A stretch of DNA of 32,000 nucleotides. Origin: Bifidobacterium longum subsp. longum JCM 1217. Its GTDB lineage: Bacteria; Actinomycetota; Actinomycetes; Actinomycetales; Bifidobacteriaceae. Every line of letters starts with the position of its first letter. Position 1 is the stretch's first letter. The notes under the pieces were generated by a model. That model worked only from the letters and a program-made list of their open reading frames with translations. It was not told the DNA's origin and ran no database searches. Below are positions 1 to 12,600 of the stretch, in pieces. The stretch covers positions 1,620,001 to 1,652,000 of the forward strand of contig NC_015067.1 of NCBI RefSeq assembly GCF_000196555.1. The letters run 5' to 3'. The translations under genes and the position numbers were made by a program.

Positions 1-173
1 ATGGTGCGCAGCAGCGTCGACTTGCCCGAGCCGGAAGGACCCAGCACCACGAGCACCGAACCATGCTCCACCTTGAAGGAGATGTCATCCAGCACCGGCT
101 TGTCGGCATTCGCATACTGTTTGACCAGATGATTCACCTCGAAACCCTTGCAGGTCGTTTCGGGTTCAGTCAT
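1..173 (-). CDS. Amino-acid ABC transporter ATP-binding protein, 5' part only (continues past the left edge)
   Basis: Reverse translation from the ATG at 173 gives MTEPETTCKGFEVNHLVKQYANADKPVLDDISFKVEHGSVLVVLGPSGSGKSTLLRT with a Walker A motif (GPSGSGKST). The ATG overlaps the stop of the upstream permease by 8 nt (ATGACTGA), the last position of a permease-permease-ATPase operon. Confidence 0.85.
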   Translation of the reverse strand, partial: MTEPETTCKGFEVNHLVKQYANADKPVLDDISFKVEHGSVLVVLGPSGSGKSTLLRT

Positions 174-840
174 TCGACCACCTCTTTTCCAGTCGGCGGG
201 CCACAATGGACAGCGGCCAGCACACGATGAAGTACATAAAGAAAATCACGCCATAAATCCACAAGGTTCCGGTCGGGAACTGGAATCGGTTCGCGTCGAT
301 AATCTGCTGGCCGACCTTGATGACCTCGACCACACCGAGCAGCACGGCCAATGATGTCGTTTTGACGATACGTGTCGCCAAGTTTACGGATGCCGGCAGC
401 ATACGGCGAACAGCCTGCGGCAGAATCACCCGGGAGAAGGTCTGCCACGGGCTCAACCCCAGTACGTAGCTCGATTCGTACTGCACTTTGGGAATCGACT
501 GCAATGCGCCACGCACCAGATCGCCCAGCTCGGCGCCTCCCCACAGGATGAACACCAGCACGCAGGCACCGGTGGCATCGAGATTCCAATCGAACCATCG
601 AGCAAAACCGTAGTAGGCAAGGAACAGCAACGCCAGCTGAGGCATAATGCGGATGAAGTCGAGGTAGATGCGCATCGCGGCCCGGATCACGGGATTCTTC
701 AGTGTCATCAACCAGCCCATCAACAGGCCGACCGGGATGGACGCGCCTACGGATACGCCGGCTATCCACACGGTGACCCACAGGCCTTGCAACAGACGTG
801 GGAATACGCCTGGCTGGAGCAGTATTTCAGCGCCGCTCAT
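166..840 (-). CDS. Amino-acid ABC transporter permease (His/Glu/Gln/Arg/opine family)
   Basis: 224-aa ORF, multi-TM, with a typical polar-amino-acid permease core (ESSYVLGLSPWQTFSRVILPQAVRRMLPA). Overlaps both neighbouring operon genes. Confidence 0.9.
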   Translation of the reverse strand: MSGAEILLQPGVFPRLLQGLWVTVWIAGVSVGASIPVGLLMGWLMTLKNPVIRAAMRIYLDFIRIMPQLALLFLAYYGFARWFDWNLDATGACVLVFILWGGAELGDLVRGALQSIPKVQYESSYVLGLSPWQTFSRVILPQAVRRMLPASVNLATRIVKTTSLAVLLGVVEVIKVGQQIIDANRFQFPTGTLWIYGVIFFMYFIVCWPLSIVARRLEKRWSND

Positions 841-1486
841 AATCGAACCTCCGCTCCAACCATGTGCCGAAGATGGAAATCGGCAGCAGAATCACCAGAT
901 AGGCCACGACCAGCATGAACAACGACTCATAGGTGCTGTAATACATGCCGATCAGATCCTTGGCCATGTACATCACGTCGGCGAGCGCAATGGCGGAGAC
1001 GACGCTCGATTCCTTAAACAGGAAGATCACATTGGCCACTACGCCGGGAATGGCGGTGGACACTGCTTGCGGCAGAATGACTCGGGTGATGGTTTGCGTG
1101 GAAGTCAGTCCCAGCACGTACGCGGTTTCGCGCTGCACGTTGGGCACCGCTTCCAATCCGCCGCGCATTGCCTCGGCCATGTAGGAACCGCCCAAGAATC
1201 CAAGGCCGACTATCGCGCAGGTTTCGGCGGACCATACTACGCCGAGTTTGGGCAGGCCGAAGTACAGAAAGTACAGCTGTACCAGCAATGGCGTATTGCG
1301 GCTAAGTTCGATGTAGATTCTCACGATTTGCCGGGCGACCGGGATACGCGCGATTTCCACGCCAGCGCAGACCAGACCCACCGCGATGGCAAGCAATATG
1401 CCAAACACGGATATGAATAAGGTCATCAATGTGCCGTTGACGAAGAAAGGCGCGTAACGCTGCACGAACGACCAATCGAATGTCAT
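827..1486 (-). CDS. Amino-acid ABC transporter permease (second subunit)
   Basis: Same family (RETAYVLGLTSTQTITRVILPQAV). I trimmed the 264-aa track ORF to the ATG at 1486 (MTFDWSFVQRY...), which is preceded by an AGGAGG-type RBS (rc of ctccctcc at about 1495-1502). The 14-nt overlap with the next permease suggests translational coupling. Confidence 0.85.
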   Translation of the reverse strand: MTFDWSFVQRYAPFFVNGTLMTLFISVFGILLAIAVGLVCAGVEIARIPVARQIVRIYIELSRNTPLLVQLYFLYFGLPKLGVVWSAETCAIVGLGFLGGSYMAEAMRGGLEAVPNVQRETAYVLGLTSTQTITRVILPQAVSTAIPGVVANVIFLFKESSVVSAIALADVMYMAKDLIGMYYSTYESLFMLVVAYLVILLPISIFGTWLERRFDYERR

Positions 1487-1714
1487 TGGACGCGCTCCCT
1501 CCTTTGCTTCTCGTTTCTTCTCCTGCGCATAAACGGTCTTAGCCACCCATGTACGATTTCGGGGGCCGAACATACCTGTCCCCCCTGCCGTGTCATCGTA
1601 GAGTATCAGAACACGTGGCACGGCCGCTGCGCTATACGCATTACTTATGGGACGTTACTCGATGGGCGAACATCAGGGCATTATTGTCGCCCAAACGGTG
1701 GATACACTGAGGCT

Positions 1715-2365
1715 ATGAAGATCACCAAAGCTCTGACCCGTTTGACCGGTCCCGAAACCGCTCCGGTGTTCGTGCTGTTGCACGGCTGGGGTTCCAATGA
1801 ATACGATTTGCCCGATCTGCTGAACTATTGCGGTGCCGGTTCGGCTGATTATGCCAGTTTGCAGGCACCCATCGCCTATGGCATGGGATATACATGGTTC
1901 GGTGCGTGGGCGCATGAAGGTGTGCCGGAGGGCGAATCATTAGACAAGCAGGCGACTGAAGCCGCCCAAGCCATTGATGCATGGGTTGCGGAGCATATTC
2001 CCGCCACTCGGCCGGTGGTTGCCATGGGATTCTCGCAGGGCGGCCTCTTGGCCGCGCATCTTTTGCGATGCAATCCGCAACGGTATGCGGCAGCGGTCTC
2101 CTGCTCCGGCTGGTTGGCTCCGGGGCCGGTCTCTGGAGACGCCGAGCTGGCTGCGTTGAAGCCGCCGGTGTTCTACGGGCATGGTGCTGCAGACGACATC
2201 TTCCCGAAAGCCGATGTGACGGCGATGGGTGAGTTCTGGCACGAGCACGGCACGTTGACCGAACAAGTGTATCCGGGCATGGCCCATTCCATTAATATGC
2301 CGGAAATGCGCGATATTCAACGGTTCTTGGAGACCAACGGATTCATTCGGCCGCAGATTTGGTAG
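1715..2365 (+). CDS. Phospholipase/carboxylesterase-family alpha/beta hydrolase
   Basis: 216-aa ORF with a nucleophile elbow GFSQGG, later HG..D and a C-terminal H, at the size typical of this family. Divergent from the ABC operon. Confidence 0.8.
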   Translation: MKITKALTRLTGPETAPVFVLLHGWGSNEYDLPDLLNYCGAGSADYASLQAPIAYGMGYTWFGAWAHEGVPEGESLDKQATEAAQAIDAWVAEHIPATRPVVAMGFSQGGLLAAHLLRCNPQRYAAAVSCSGWLAPGPVSGDAELAALKPPVFYGHGAADDIFPKADVTAMGEFWHEHGTLTEQVYPGMAHSINMPEMRDIQRFLETNGFIRPQIW

Positions 2366-2373
2366 TCACCACC

Positions 2374-4629
2374 TCACATGGCGTAGTCTACGTGGGCGAA
2401 TTCAGGGACCTTATACCATTTGACGGGGTAGCCGGCACCGTGGGCGCAGAAGACCGAGTCGGGGGTGTTGTCCAGATCTGCTTCGGGATCGTAAGCGGCG
2501 GCTGCGATGATCTGTTCGGCGTCATGGCATGGCTTGTAGCCGCCGAAAGTGGCGGAGAAACGGCCATGGCCGTGCGTGTACTGGTTCACGTCCATCGCAT
2601 AGTCGCGCATCTCGGACACCGGCGCCTCGCCTTCGATCACGGCGTATTCGCCATCGGTGACCGGGGATTCGAAGGTGCCGGCCATGCGCTGGATGTCGCT
2701 CATGGCACGGCCGATCATGTCTGCTGGCACTTCGAGCCGGAACCGGTACCACGGTTCCAGCAGTCGGCAGTTGCCCTCCCCTGCGGTGTCCGGACGGCTC
2801 TCGACCGGCGTCTCGGGCCGGCCACTGACTCCAGCTCTGGCTTCCATAAGCCCCTGACGAATCGCACGATAGGTGGCTTGGCGGAAGTCGCCGCCTTCGG
2901 TATGCTTCAGATGCGCGCGGCCAGCCACCAAAGTCATCTTGATATCGGTGAGCGGCGCGCCAACGAGCACACCGAGATGCTCACGCTCGGTCAGATGGGT
3001 CAGAATCAGCCGTTGCCAATTGCGGTCCAAATCGTTTTCGGACAGGGCCGAGGCCACAGTGACTCCGCTGCCCGGCTCCCCTGGTTCCAGCAGGATATGT
3101 GCTTCGGCATAATGACGGAGCGGCTCGAAATGACCTGCGCCTTCGATTGGCGCAGTGATGGTCTCACGGTACAGGATGGAGCCGGGGCCAAACGACACAT
3201 CCAGACCGAACCGGTCGTGCAGGGTCTGCTGGATGATCTCCAGCTGGACTGCGCCCATCAATTGCACATGAATCTCGGCCAGCCGTTCCACCCACACCAC
3301 ATGCAACAACGGGTCTTCGTCTTCCAGCTCACGCAATGCGGTGATGACCTTATGCAAGGTCAGATCATCGAACTGGGGACGGGCCGGCGAGCTATTGTCC
3401 GCCGCGGTCTGGCGAGCGGTGTCGTTCTCCTCATTGCGGCCGGTTCCCGACTTGGCGGCATCATGCTCGGCATCGTCCTGATTCACGCTGTTATGGCCGG
3501 CGCCACCGCGTTTGGCCGCTCCCGAGGTGCCGGCCGTATCGGATTCCGCTCCGGCGGGCAACACCGTGTAGGTCAACACGGGTTGCAGCGACGGTGATTC
3601 GGCGTCCGGTTCCGCTCCCAGCCCTTCGCCGGGGAAGGTCCGCGTCAGTCCGGTCACCGCACACACCGATCCGGCAGGCACCTCGGTGACCGTCTCGAAT
3701 TTGGCGCCATTGTAGACGCGCACCTGATCGACTTTCTCGGACCATACCGTGCCATCATCCCCCTGTACCGGCGACGGTGCTGATGACGCCGCAGCGCACG
3801 AGGATGAAGAGACGATCTCCTTGGCTTTGAGCGCACCACCGGTGACGCGCAGCCACGTCATACGGTTGTGCTGGCCGTCGTGGGCGATTTTGAACACGCG
3901 TGCGGCGAAGGCGGCCGGCCATTCACGTTCGCGGGTGAACGTCTCCAGCCCGTCCAGGAATTCCTCGACCCCTTCGAGTTTCAATGCCGAGCCGAAATAT
4001 ACGGGGAACAGTTCGCGTACGGCGATCATCGCTCGCAATCTGCCCACGGACAGCGCGCCATGTTCCAGATAGTCGTTCATCGCCTCCTCGTCCAGGGTGG
4101 CAATGTCTTCGGCGAACGCGTCCAACGGTACCGCGCTGCCCTCAGTGGACTGCTCCATTGCCGGCAGCGGATATATCGCATCGCTCAGGCGTTTGCGCAA
4201 CTGTGCCAGAATGGCCTCGCGGTCGAATCCGGCGGCGTCGCACTTGTTGACGAAGATGAACGTCGGCACACCGTATCTGGCCAGCAGACGCCATAGTGTC
4301 TCGGTATGGCCTTGCACGCCATCCGTGCCGGAGACCACAAGAATCGCGTAATCAAGCACACGCAGCACACGTTCGGTTTCGGCTGCGAAGTCCACGTGCC
4401 CCGGCGTATCCAGCAAGGTCAGGCGCAGGTCGCCGTGTTCCACCAATGCCTGGTGCGCGAAAATCGTGATGCCTCGCGCCTTCTCCAAGGAATTGGTGTC
4501 CAGAAACGCATCGCCGTGATCCACTCGCCCCAATTTGCGGATCTCACCGGTACGGTAGAGCAGAGCCTCGGACAGCGTGGTCTTGCCCGCGTCCACATGC
4601 GCCACGATGCCTGCCACTATCTGTTTCAT
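2374..4629 (-). CDS. Ribosomal-protection-type translational GTPase (TetM/TetO/OtrA, EF-G-like) with low-complexity insertions
   Basis: N-terminus MKQIVAGIVAHVDAGKTTLSEALLY (G1), DTPGH (G3), NKCD (G4), and EF-G-like domains II-V through to the C-terminus. Start moved to the ATG at 4629 (GGGAAGGGAG upstream). 751 aa versus roughly 640 aa for classical RPPs as I recall them. Confidence 0.85.
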   Translation of the reverse strand: MKQIVAGIVAHVDAGKTTLSEALLYRTGEIRKLGRVDHGDAFLDTNSLEKARGITIFAHQALVEHGDLRLTLLDTPGHVDFAAETERVLRVLDYAILVVSGTDGVQGHTETLWRLLARYGVPTFIFVNKCDAAGFDREAILAQLRKRLSDAIYPLPAMEQSTEGSAVPLDAFAEDIATLDEEAMNDYLEHGALSVGRLRAMIAVRELFPVYFGSALKLEGVEEFLDGLETFTREREWPAAFAARVFKIAHDGQHNRMTWLRVTGGALKAKEIVSSSSCAAASSAPSPVQGDDGTVWSEKVDQVRVYNGAKFETVTEVPAGSVCAVTGLTRTFPGEGLGAEPDAESPSLQPVLTYTVLPAGAESDTAGTSGAAKRGGAGHNSVNQDDAEHDAAKSGTGRNEENDTARQTAADNSSPARPQFDDLTLHKVITALRELEDEDPLLHVVWVERLAEIHVQLMGAVQLEIIQQTLHDRFGLDVSFGPGSILYRETITAPIEGAGHFEPLRHYAEAHILLEPGEPGSGVTVASALSENDLDRNWQRLILTHLTEREHLGVLVGAPLTDIKMTLVAGRAHLKHTEGGDFRQATYRAIRQGLMEARAGVSGRPETPVESRPDTAGEGNCRLLEPWYRFRLEVPADMIGRAMSDIQRMAGTFESPVTDGEYAVIEGEAPVSEMRDYAMDVNQYTHGHGRFSATFGGYKPCHDAEQIIAAAAYDPEADLDNTPDSVFCAHGAGYPVKWYKVPEFAHVDYAM

Positions 4630-4708
4630 CAGCTGTGCTCCCTTCCCGATGCGCCGCGCAATTGCCGGCCGCCTAACCAATATATCCGAGAAAATCCGGG
4701 AGGGAAAA

Positions 4709-4740
4709 ATTGTACCGACAGACCGGGCTGCCGGTACAAT
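4709..4740. promoter_or_regulatory. Palindrome ATTGTACCGACAG-N6-CTGCCGGTACAAT in a divergent promoter region
   Basis: 13-nt arms with 12/13 complementary positions and a 6-nt spacer. Each arm carries TACAAT read outward, a -10-like hexamer for each divergent gene. It lies 36 nt upstream of the GTG at 4776 and 80 nt upstream of the ATG at 4629. Confidence 0.4.
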
Positions 4741-4775
4741 AAGTCACCGAACACCGACTGATATGAGGAGCCTCC

Positions 4776-5483
4776 GTGACCACTTCCGGCATTACCGTTT
4801 TCGGCCAACCATCCCAGCCCAATCATGGTGCCGGCGGGCGAATCGCCATGGACGATGCCGTCTTCCCCACCGATTATGTGGCGCTGGATTTGGAGACCAC
4901 CGGCTTTTACCCGAACAGTTGCGCCATCACGGAAATCGGTGCCGTGCGCGTGCGGGAGGGGCATATCGTCGATCAATTCCAGCAGCTGGTGAATCCCTTG
5001 CGGCCGATTCCGCGTCAGATCACCACGCTGACCGGCATCACCGATGCGATGGTGGCCGATCTCGATCCGATTGACGAGGTGCTTCCCCGATTCATCGCAT
5101 GGCTCGCTACCCCGGCTGCCGGTCCCGCCGTTGAGCCGATTGTCGGCCATAACGTCAGCTTCGATCTGCGATTCCTGGATTACAACACCCGGCATATCGC
5201 CGGCTGCGGCTTTGCCTGCGCGGATTATGACACGATGCAGATCAGCCGCGCCCTGTTCCCCGCGCAGCGGCATCACCGTCTGGCCGACCTGATCGTACGC
5301 TTCGGCATCGCGGACAATGAGGAGCACCGCGCATTAAGCGATGCCATCCAAACCCAGCAGTGCTTCGAATGGATGCGGCATTACGTCACCGAGCATCACG
5401 AAACCGAAGCAATCCGCTGGAAGCAGGCGCCGGCCAAAAACAGCGCCGAAATCCTCCACCAGCAGTTGGTGGTAAAGAGGTAG
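4776..5483 (+). CDS. DnaQ/DEDDh-family 3'-5' exonuclease (DNA polymerase III epsilon-like, stand-alone)
   Basis: GTG start preceded by GAGGAG. Exo I ALDLETTG, Exo II GHNVSFDLRFL, Exo III HRALSDA. Its stop lies 1 nt from the convergent gmk stop. Confidence 0.85.
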   Translation: MTTSGITVFGQPSQPNHGAGGRIAMDDAVFPTDYVALDLETTGFYPNSCAITEIGAVRVREGHIVDQFQQLVNPLRPIPRQITTLTGITDAMVADLDPIDEVLPRFIAWLATPAAGPAVEPIVGHNVSFDLRFLDYNTRHIAGCGFACADYDTMQISRALFPAQRHHRLADLIVRFGIADNEEHRALSDAIQTQQCFEWMRHYVTEHHETEAIRWKQAPAKNSAEILHQQLVVKR

Positions 5484-5484
5484 T

Positions 5485-6075
5485 TTACAGCCCGTATTCC
5501 TTGGCGATGACGGACCAGAGGTCGGCAGCGGCCTGATCGACGGTTTCGTTGACGATGGTGACGTCGAATTCGCTTTCGGCGGCGAGCTCCACCTTGGCGG
5601 TCTCCAAGCGACGGGCCTGCTGTTCGGCGGTTTCGGTGCCGCGGCCGATCAGGCGGCGCTCGAGCTCTTCGAAGCTTGGCGGCGCGATGAACACGTACAC
5701 CACTTCGAGGTCGAGCTCGGCGGCGCGCTGCTTGACGCGGCGGGCACCCTGCAGGTCGATTTCCAGAATCGTGGGCACACCGGCGGCCAGATGTTCCTCC
5801 ACAGGCTTGAGCAATGTACCGTAGTGGGCCATGCCGTGCACCACGGCGGTTTCCAGGAACTCACCGGCCGCTTCGCGGGCCAGGAACTCGTCTTCAGTAA
5901 GGAACCAATAGTTGACGCCATCAACCTCGCCCGGGCGCGGAGCGCGTGTGGTGGCGGAGACGGACACCCACACTTCGGGGTGGTCGGCGCGCAGCTTGGC
6001 TTCCACGGTGCCCTTACCTACTGCGGTGGGGCCAGTCAGGACGATTAGACGGCCAGCATGGGTGTTTTCAGTCAT
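5485..6075 (-). CDS. gmk: Guanylate kinase
   Basis: 196 aa with P-loop GPTAVGKGT and TTRAPRPGEVDGVNYWF (GMP-binding block). GGAGGAA RBS upstream. Confidence 0.95.
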   Translation of the reverse strand: MTENTHAGRLIVLTGPTAVGKGTVEAKLRADHPEVWVSVSATTRAPRPGEVDGVNYWFLTEDEFLAREAAGEFLETAVVHGMAHYGTLLKPVEEHLAAGVPTILEIDLQGARRVKQRAAELDLEVVYVFIAPPSFEELERRLIGRGTETAEQQARRLETAKVELAAESEFDVTIVNETVDQAAADLWSVIAKEYGL

Positions 6076-6254
6076 GGGTTCCTCCGGAGATGATGTGGTG
6101 TGCAGCGATTATGAATCCAATGTGGTAACGGCTCACCGGCGAGATGACCGGTAACTGCTACAGCCCCGACGAACAGGGAAGAATATGAATCGTGATGCGA
6201 CGTACGCGATGAGATAGACACGTACGCATGCCGCGACATCTGATTCCGTTCTGA

Positions 6255-7174
6255 TTACTGGTTTTCCGAGCCTTCGACAGTGGCTTCCATCAGCGCCTGA
6301 CGTACGTCAAGCGCAATCGACTCGGTGGCTTGGCTCAGTGCGGCGATATCCGGCCCATGCGAGGCGATGAAGCGGGACACGGTGACCAGCACGTTGCCGC
6401 GCGTACCGCGGAACACGGTTTTCAGATCCTTGGCCTCGGCACCCTGCCAACCGTAACCGGGGGAAAGAATCGGACCGGTGAACTTGGAGGGGTCCACGCC
6501 GGAATCCTGCATCCATTGGCCGATGGTGGCACCGATGATCAGACCAACCGAGCCCATGCCTTCGATATCCACGTTATGCTTCTGCGCGGTGGAGGCGATG
6601 CCGTAGGCCACGGTACGTCCCTTGTAATCGCCGCTCTGGCGCAACGCGGTCTGCAGACTCATGCCTTCCGGGTTGGAGGTCAGGGAGGCGATGAACACGC
6701 CGCGTCCGTTTTCCAGCGCTTCGGTAATCAGGCCGTTCAACGAACGCGCGCCATAGTACGGCAGCAGCGTGATGGCGTCGGCCAGCAACGGTGCACCGGG
6801 CTTGAAATAGGCGTCTGCGATGGCGGAAATCGTGGTGGACAGGCCGCCGCGCAGGCAATCGACGATGGTGATGACGCCCATTTGTCGTGCCGCGTAGAGC
6901 ACGCGCTCGAGCGCTTCGAAACCTTTGGCTCCGTAGCGCTCGAACATCGGCGTCTGGAATTTGACTGCTGCGGCGCGCCCGTTGGCGGCCTGCAGCATAC
7001 GCATGGAGAAGAGTTCGGCGCCTTCGGCGTCGACGTTGTATCCCCAGTCGGTGAGGAGCTTGCGATGCGGGTCAATGCCCACACACAGCGGCCCGTATTT
7101 GGCCATTGAATTGCTTAATCGCAGACCGAAATCCGAACGTTGTGCCTGCAATTCCTCACTGCTGAGTGTAGTCA

Positions 7175-7175
<1 letters not shown>
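6255..7175 (-). CDS. pyrF: Type-2 orotidine-5'-phosphate decarboxylase homolog with an atypical active-site motif
   Basis: 306 aa, collinear with actinobacterial type-2 PyrF (GPLCVGIDPH, SLTSNPEG, PGYGWQG). The ATG overlaps the carB stop (TGATG). The DxKxxD signature reads DCLRGG (see findings). Confidence 0.8.
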
Positions 7176-10558
<3,383 letters not shown>

Positions 10559-10559
10559 A

Positions 10560-11783
10560 TCACTTACCTTCCTTGGAGTTGTTCTTCATAAGTTCGCAGA
10601 AACGGTCGAACAGGTAGGCCGCATCGTGCGGGCCTGCTGCGGCCTCCGGGTGGTACTGCACGGAGAATGCGGGGATGTCCACGCACTGCAGGCCTTCGAC
10701 CACGTCGTCGTTCAGATCGATGTGGGAGACGAACACCTTGCCGTACTTGCCGTTTTCAAACGGCGCGTCGACCTGCTTGCCGATCGGGGCGTCGACCGCG
10801 AAGCCGTGGTTGTGGGCGGTGACCTCGACCTTGCCGGTGGTCAGATCCTTGACCGGCTGGTTGATGCCGCGGTGGCCGAACTTGAGCTTGTAGGTGCCGA
10901 AGCCGAGTGCGCGGCCGAGCAGCTGGTTGCCAAAGCAGATGCCGAAGAACGGGTAGCCGGCGTCAAGTACCTGGCGCAGCAGCTCGATTTCGGGACCGGC
11001 CTGTTCCGGGTCGCCCGGACCGTTGGAGAAGAAGACGCCGTCCGGGTTCAGGTTCTCGATTTCGGCGAAGGTGATGGTGGAGGGCACCACGTGCACGCGG
11101 CAGCCGCGTTCGGCCATGCGGTGCGGGGTCATGCCCTTGATACCGAGGTCCACAGCGGCCACGGTGTACAGCGGCTCCTTGCCTTCGTACTCGCCGCACG
11201 GTTCGATGGTGTAGGTCTCCTTGGTGGACACCTCGTCGTACAGGCTCAGACCCTGCATCTGCGGGGTGTTCTTGACGTCTTCGAGCAGCTGCTCGATGGT
11301 CTTGAGCGCGCCGGTGGCCTGATCGGTCAGGGCGTCGCCGGAGAAGATGCCGGCGCGCATCACGCCTGCGGAACGCAGGTGGCGCACCAGCTTGCGGGTG
11401 TCGATGTGGCTCAGGCCGACGATGCCGTTCTTGGCGAGGTCGTCGTCCAGGCTGCCTTCGGCACGCCAGTTGCTCACGTTCGGAGAGGGATCACGCACAA
11501 TGTATCCGGCAACCCAGATGCGGGAGGACTCAGGGTCTTCGCTGTTGACGCCGGTATCGCCGATGTGCGGGAACGTCTGCACAACGATCTGGCGATCGTA
11601 GCTCGGATCGGTGAGCGTCTCCTGGTATCCGGTCATACCGGTGGCGAAGACGATCTCACCGGTCGTCTCGCCGAGGGCGCCGTATGGCTCCCCCACATAT
11701 ACCTGTCCGTCTTCCAAAACGAGGACTGCATCGTCCTTGTCATACATCGGAATTGCGATGGTCCCGGACTCGTTCTGGCTCAC
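10560..11783 (-). CDS. carA: Carbamoyl-phosphate synthase small (glutaminase) subunit
   Basis: GICFGNQLL nucleophile block and HNHGFAV / QYHPEA triad region. Start set at the GTG at 11783 ([26 protein letters not shown]) behind AAGGGGG. The upstream 160 aa of the 568-aa track ORF are Pro/Arg-rich junk running into nusB. Confidence 0.92.
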   Translation of the reverse strand: MSQNESGTIAIPMYDKDDAVLVLEDGQVYVGEPYGALGETTGEIVFATGMTGYQETLTDPSYDRQIVVQTFPHIGDTGVNSEDPESSRIWVAGYIVRDPSPNVSNWRAEGSLDDDLAKNGIVGLSHIDTRKLVRHLRSAGVMRAGIFSGDALTDQATGALKTIEQLLEDVKNTPQMQGLSLYDEVSTKETYTIEPCGEYEGKEPLYTVAAVDLGIKGMTPHRMAERGCRVHVVPSTITFAEIENLNPDGVFFSNGPGDPEQAGPEIELLRQVLDAGYPFFGICFGNQLLGRALGFGTYKLKFGHRGINQPVKDLTTGKVEVTAHNHGFAVDAPIGKQVDAPFENGKYGKVFVSHIDLNDDVVEGLQCVDIPAFSVQYHPEAAAGPHDAAYLFDRFCELMKNNSKEGK

Positions 11784-11935
11784 CAAAACCCCCTTATGTT
11801 TTTCGGGTATTCGTACCAAGGTTAACGGCCAGCGCAGACTCACACGCCGTTGGACGCAAAGTCTCACCCCCGCTGGCGGGGCTGTCGGCAAGGTGCCGAC
11901 TTGAGAATGTACGGCGGCACAAGTGTCCGCCCATG

Positions 11936-11959
11936 AAAAAGCCTCCCGAATGGGGAGGC
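11936..11959 (-). terminator. Rho-independent terminator after nusB
   Basis: The minus strand reads GCCTCCCC-ATTC-GGGAGGC followed by TTTTT, starting 14 nt after the nusB stop. Confidence 0.7.
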
Positions 11960-11973
11960 TGAACAACAAATGA

Positions 11974-12546
11974 CTAATCGACCGTCGGCTGAATCTCAGC
12001 GGACGGGGCAGCAGGCTCGTCGGATGCACCGGACGAATCGGGCGAATCGGAAACATCGCCCTCATCGGTCGGCTCGGATGCGGCGGCAGCGGAATCGGAC
12101 GATTCCTCATCGGCCTCTTCTGCCACGGACTCCGGTGCCGGTGCTGCATTCTTGGCGGTGCACACCGCAGACAGCAGGCCATGGATGAAAGCGGGCGAAT
12201 CGTCATCGCACAGGGTCTTGGCCAATGCCAGAGCCTCGTCGATGGCGACCTTGTCCGGCACATCATCGGTGAACAGAATCTCCCAAGCGGCGATACGCAG
12301 AATGTTGCGATCGACCACGCCCATACGGCGGACCTTCCAACCCGTGGAGTGTTCGTCCAGGGTCATGTCGATCTGACGACGGTGCTCGGCCACGCCCTTG
12401 ACGATTTCAATGGCATAGTCGGGAAGCGGGGTCTGGGCACCGGGATGTGCGATGCGCTCGTCAAGCAGGGAGAGAATATCCTGGCTTTTTTCGTCGGCTT
12501 CGTACAGGGTGTTCAGAGCCCTTTTGCGCGCGGTGGAACGTGCCAT
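11974..12546 (-). CDS. nusB: Transcription antitermination factor NusB with an acidic C-terminal tail
   Basis: 190 aa with a NusB core ([14 protein letters not shown]...[13 protein letters not shown]...DEALALAK) plus a roughly 50-aa Asp/Glu/Ser/Ala-rich tail. Confidence 0.92.
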   Translation of the reverse strand: MARSTARKRALNTLYEADEKSQDILSLLDERIAHPGAQTPLPDYAIEIVKGVAEHRRQIDMTLDEHSTGWKVRRMGVVDRNILRIAAWEILFTDDVPDKVAIDEALALAKTLCDDDSPAFIHGLLSAVCTAKNAAPAPESVAEEADEESSDSAAAASEPTDEGDVSDSPDSSGASDEPAAPSAEIQPTVD

Positions 12547-12600
12547 ACTGCTGCTGTCCTAGTCCTTTATACGGTCGGTCGTCTGTTGAGGATGCGGAGA

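Noticed and set aside
1487-1714. Riboswitch or T-box upstream of the amino-acid ABC operon
   Set aside because: There are only short, unremarkable stems (GGGCGA..TCGCCC, GGGGG..CCCCC), with no recognisable conserved riboswitch core or specifier/T-box sequence.
2359-3597. 412-aa plus-strand ORF antisense to the RPP-like GTPase
   Set aside because: It is a shadow ORF with no recognisable motifs. The minus strand has GTPase motifs and an EF-G-like domain order.
2374-4629. Acquired mobile tetracycline-resistance determinant such as tet(W)
   Set aside because: There is no transposase, integrase or IS end nearby, and GC is indistinguishable from the backbone. The sequence clearly diverges from the Tet(W) sequence I remember and carries large insertions. 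I report it as a resident RPP-like paralog instead.
6076-6254. Missing small gene (mIHF-like) or sRNA between pyrF and gmk
   Set aside because: The 179-nt gap is too short for an mIHF-size gene. The only ORF is about 23 codons with no RBS, and the weak repeats (GCGTACGT x2, GGTAAC x2) are not convincing.
11784-11935. PyrR-binding anti-antiterminator in the carA leader
   Set aside because: I could not find the conserved UCCAGAGAGG-type loop sequence, and no pyrR is present in the cluster. The region is kept only as a generic structured leader.
11784-12266. N-terminal 160-aa extension of the carA track ORF (568 aa)
   Set aside because: The extension is Pro/Arg-rich, runs through the nusB terminator and into nusB in another frame, and lacks CarA homology. 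A GTG with a good RBS at 11783 gives a normal-length CarA.
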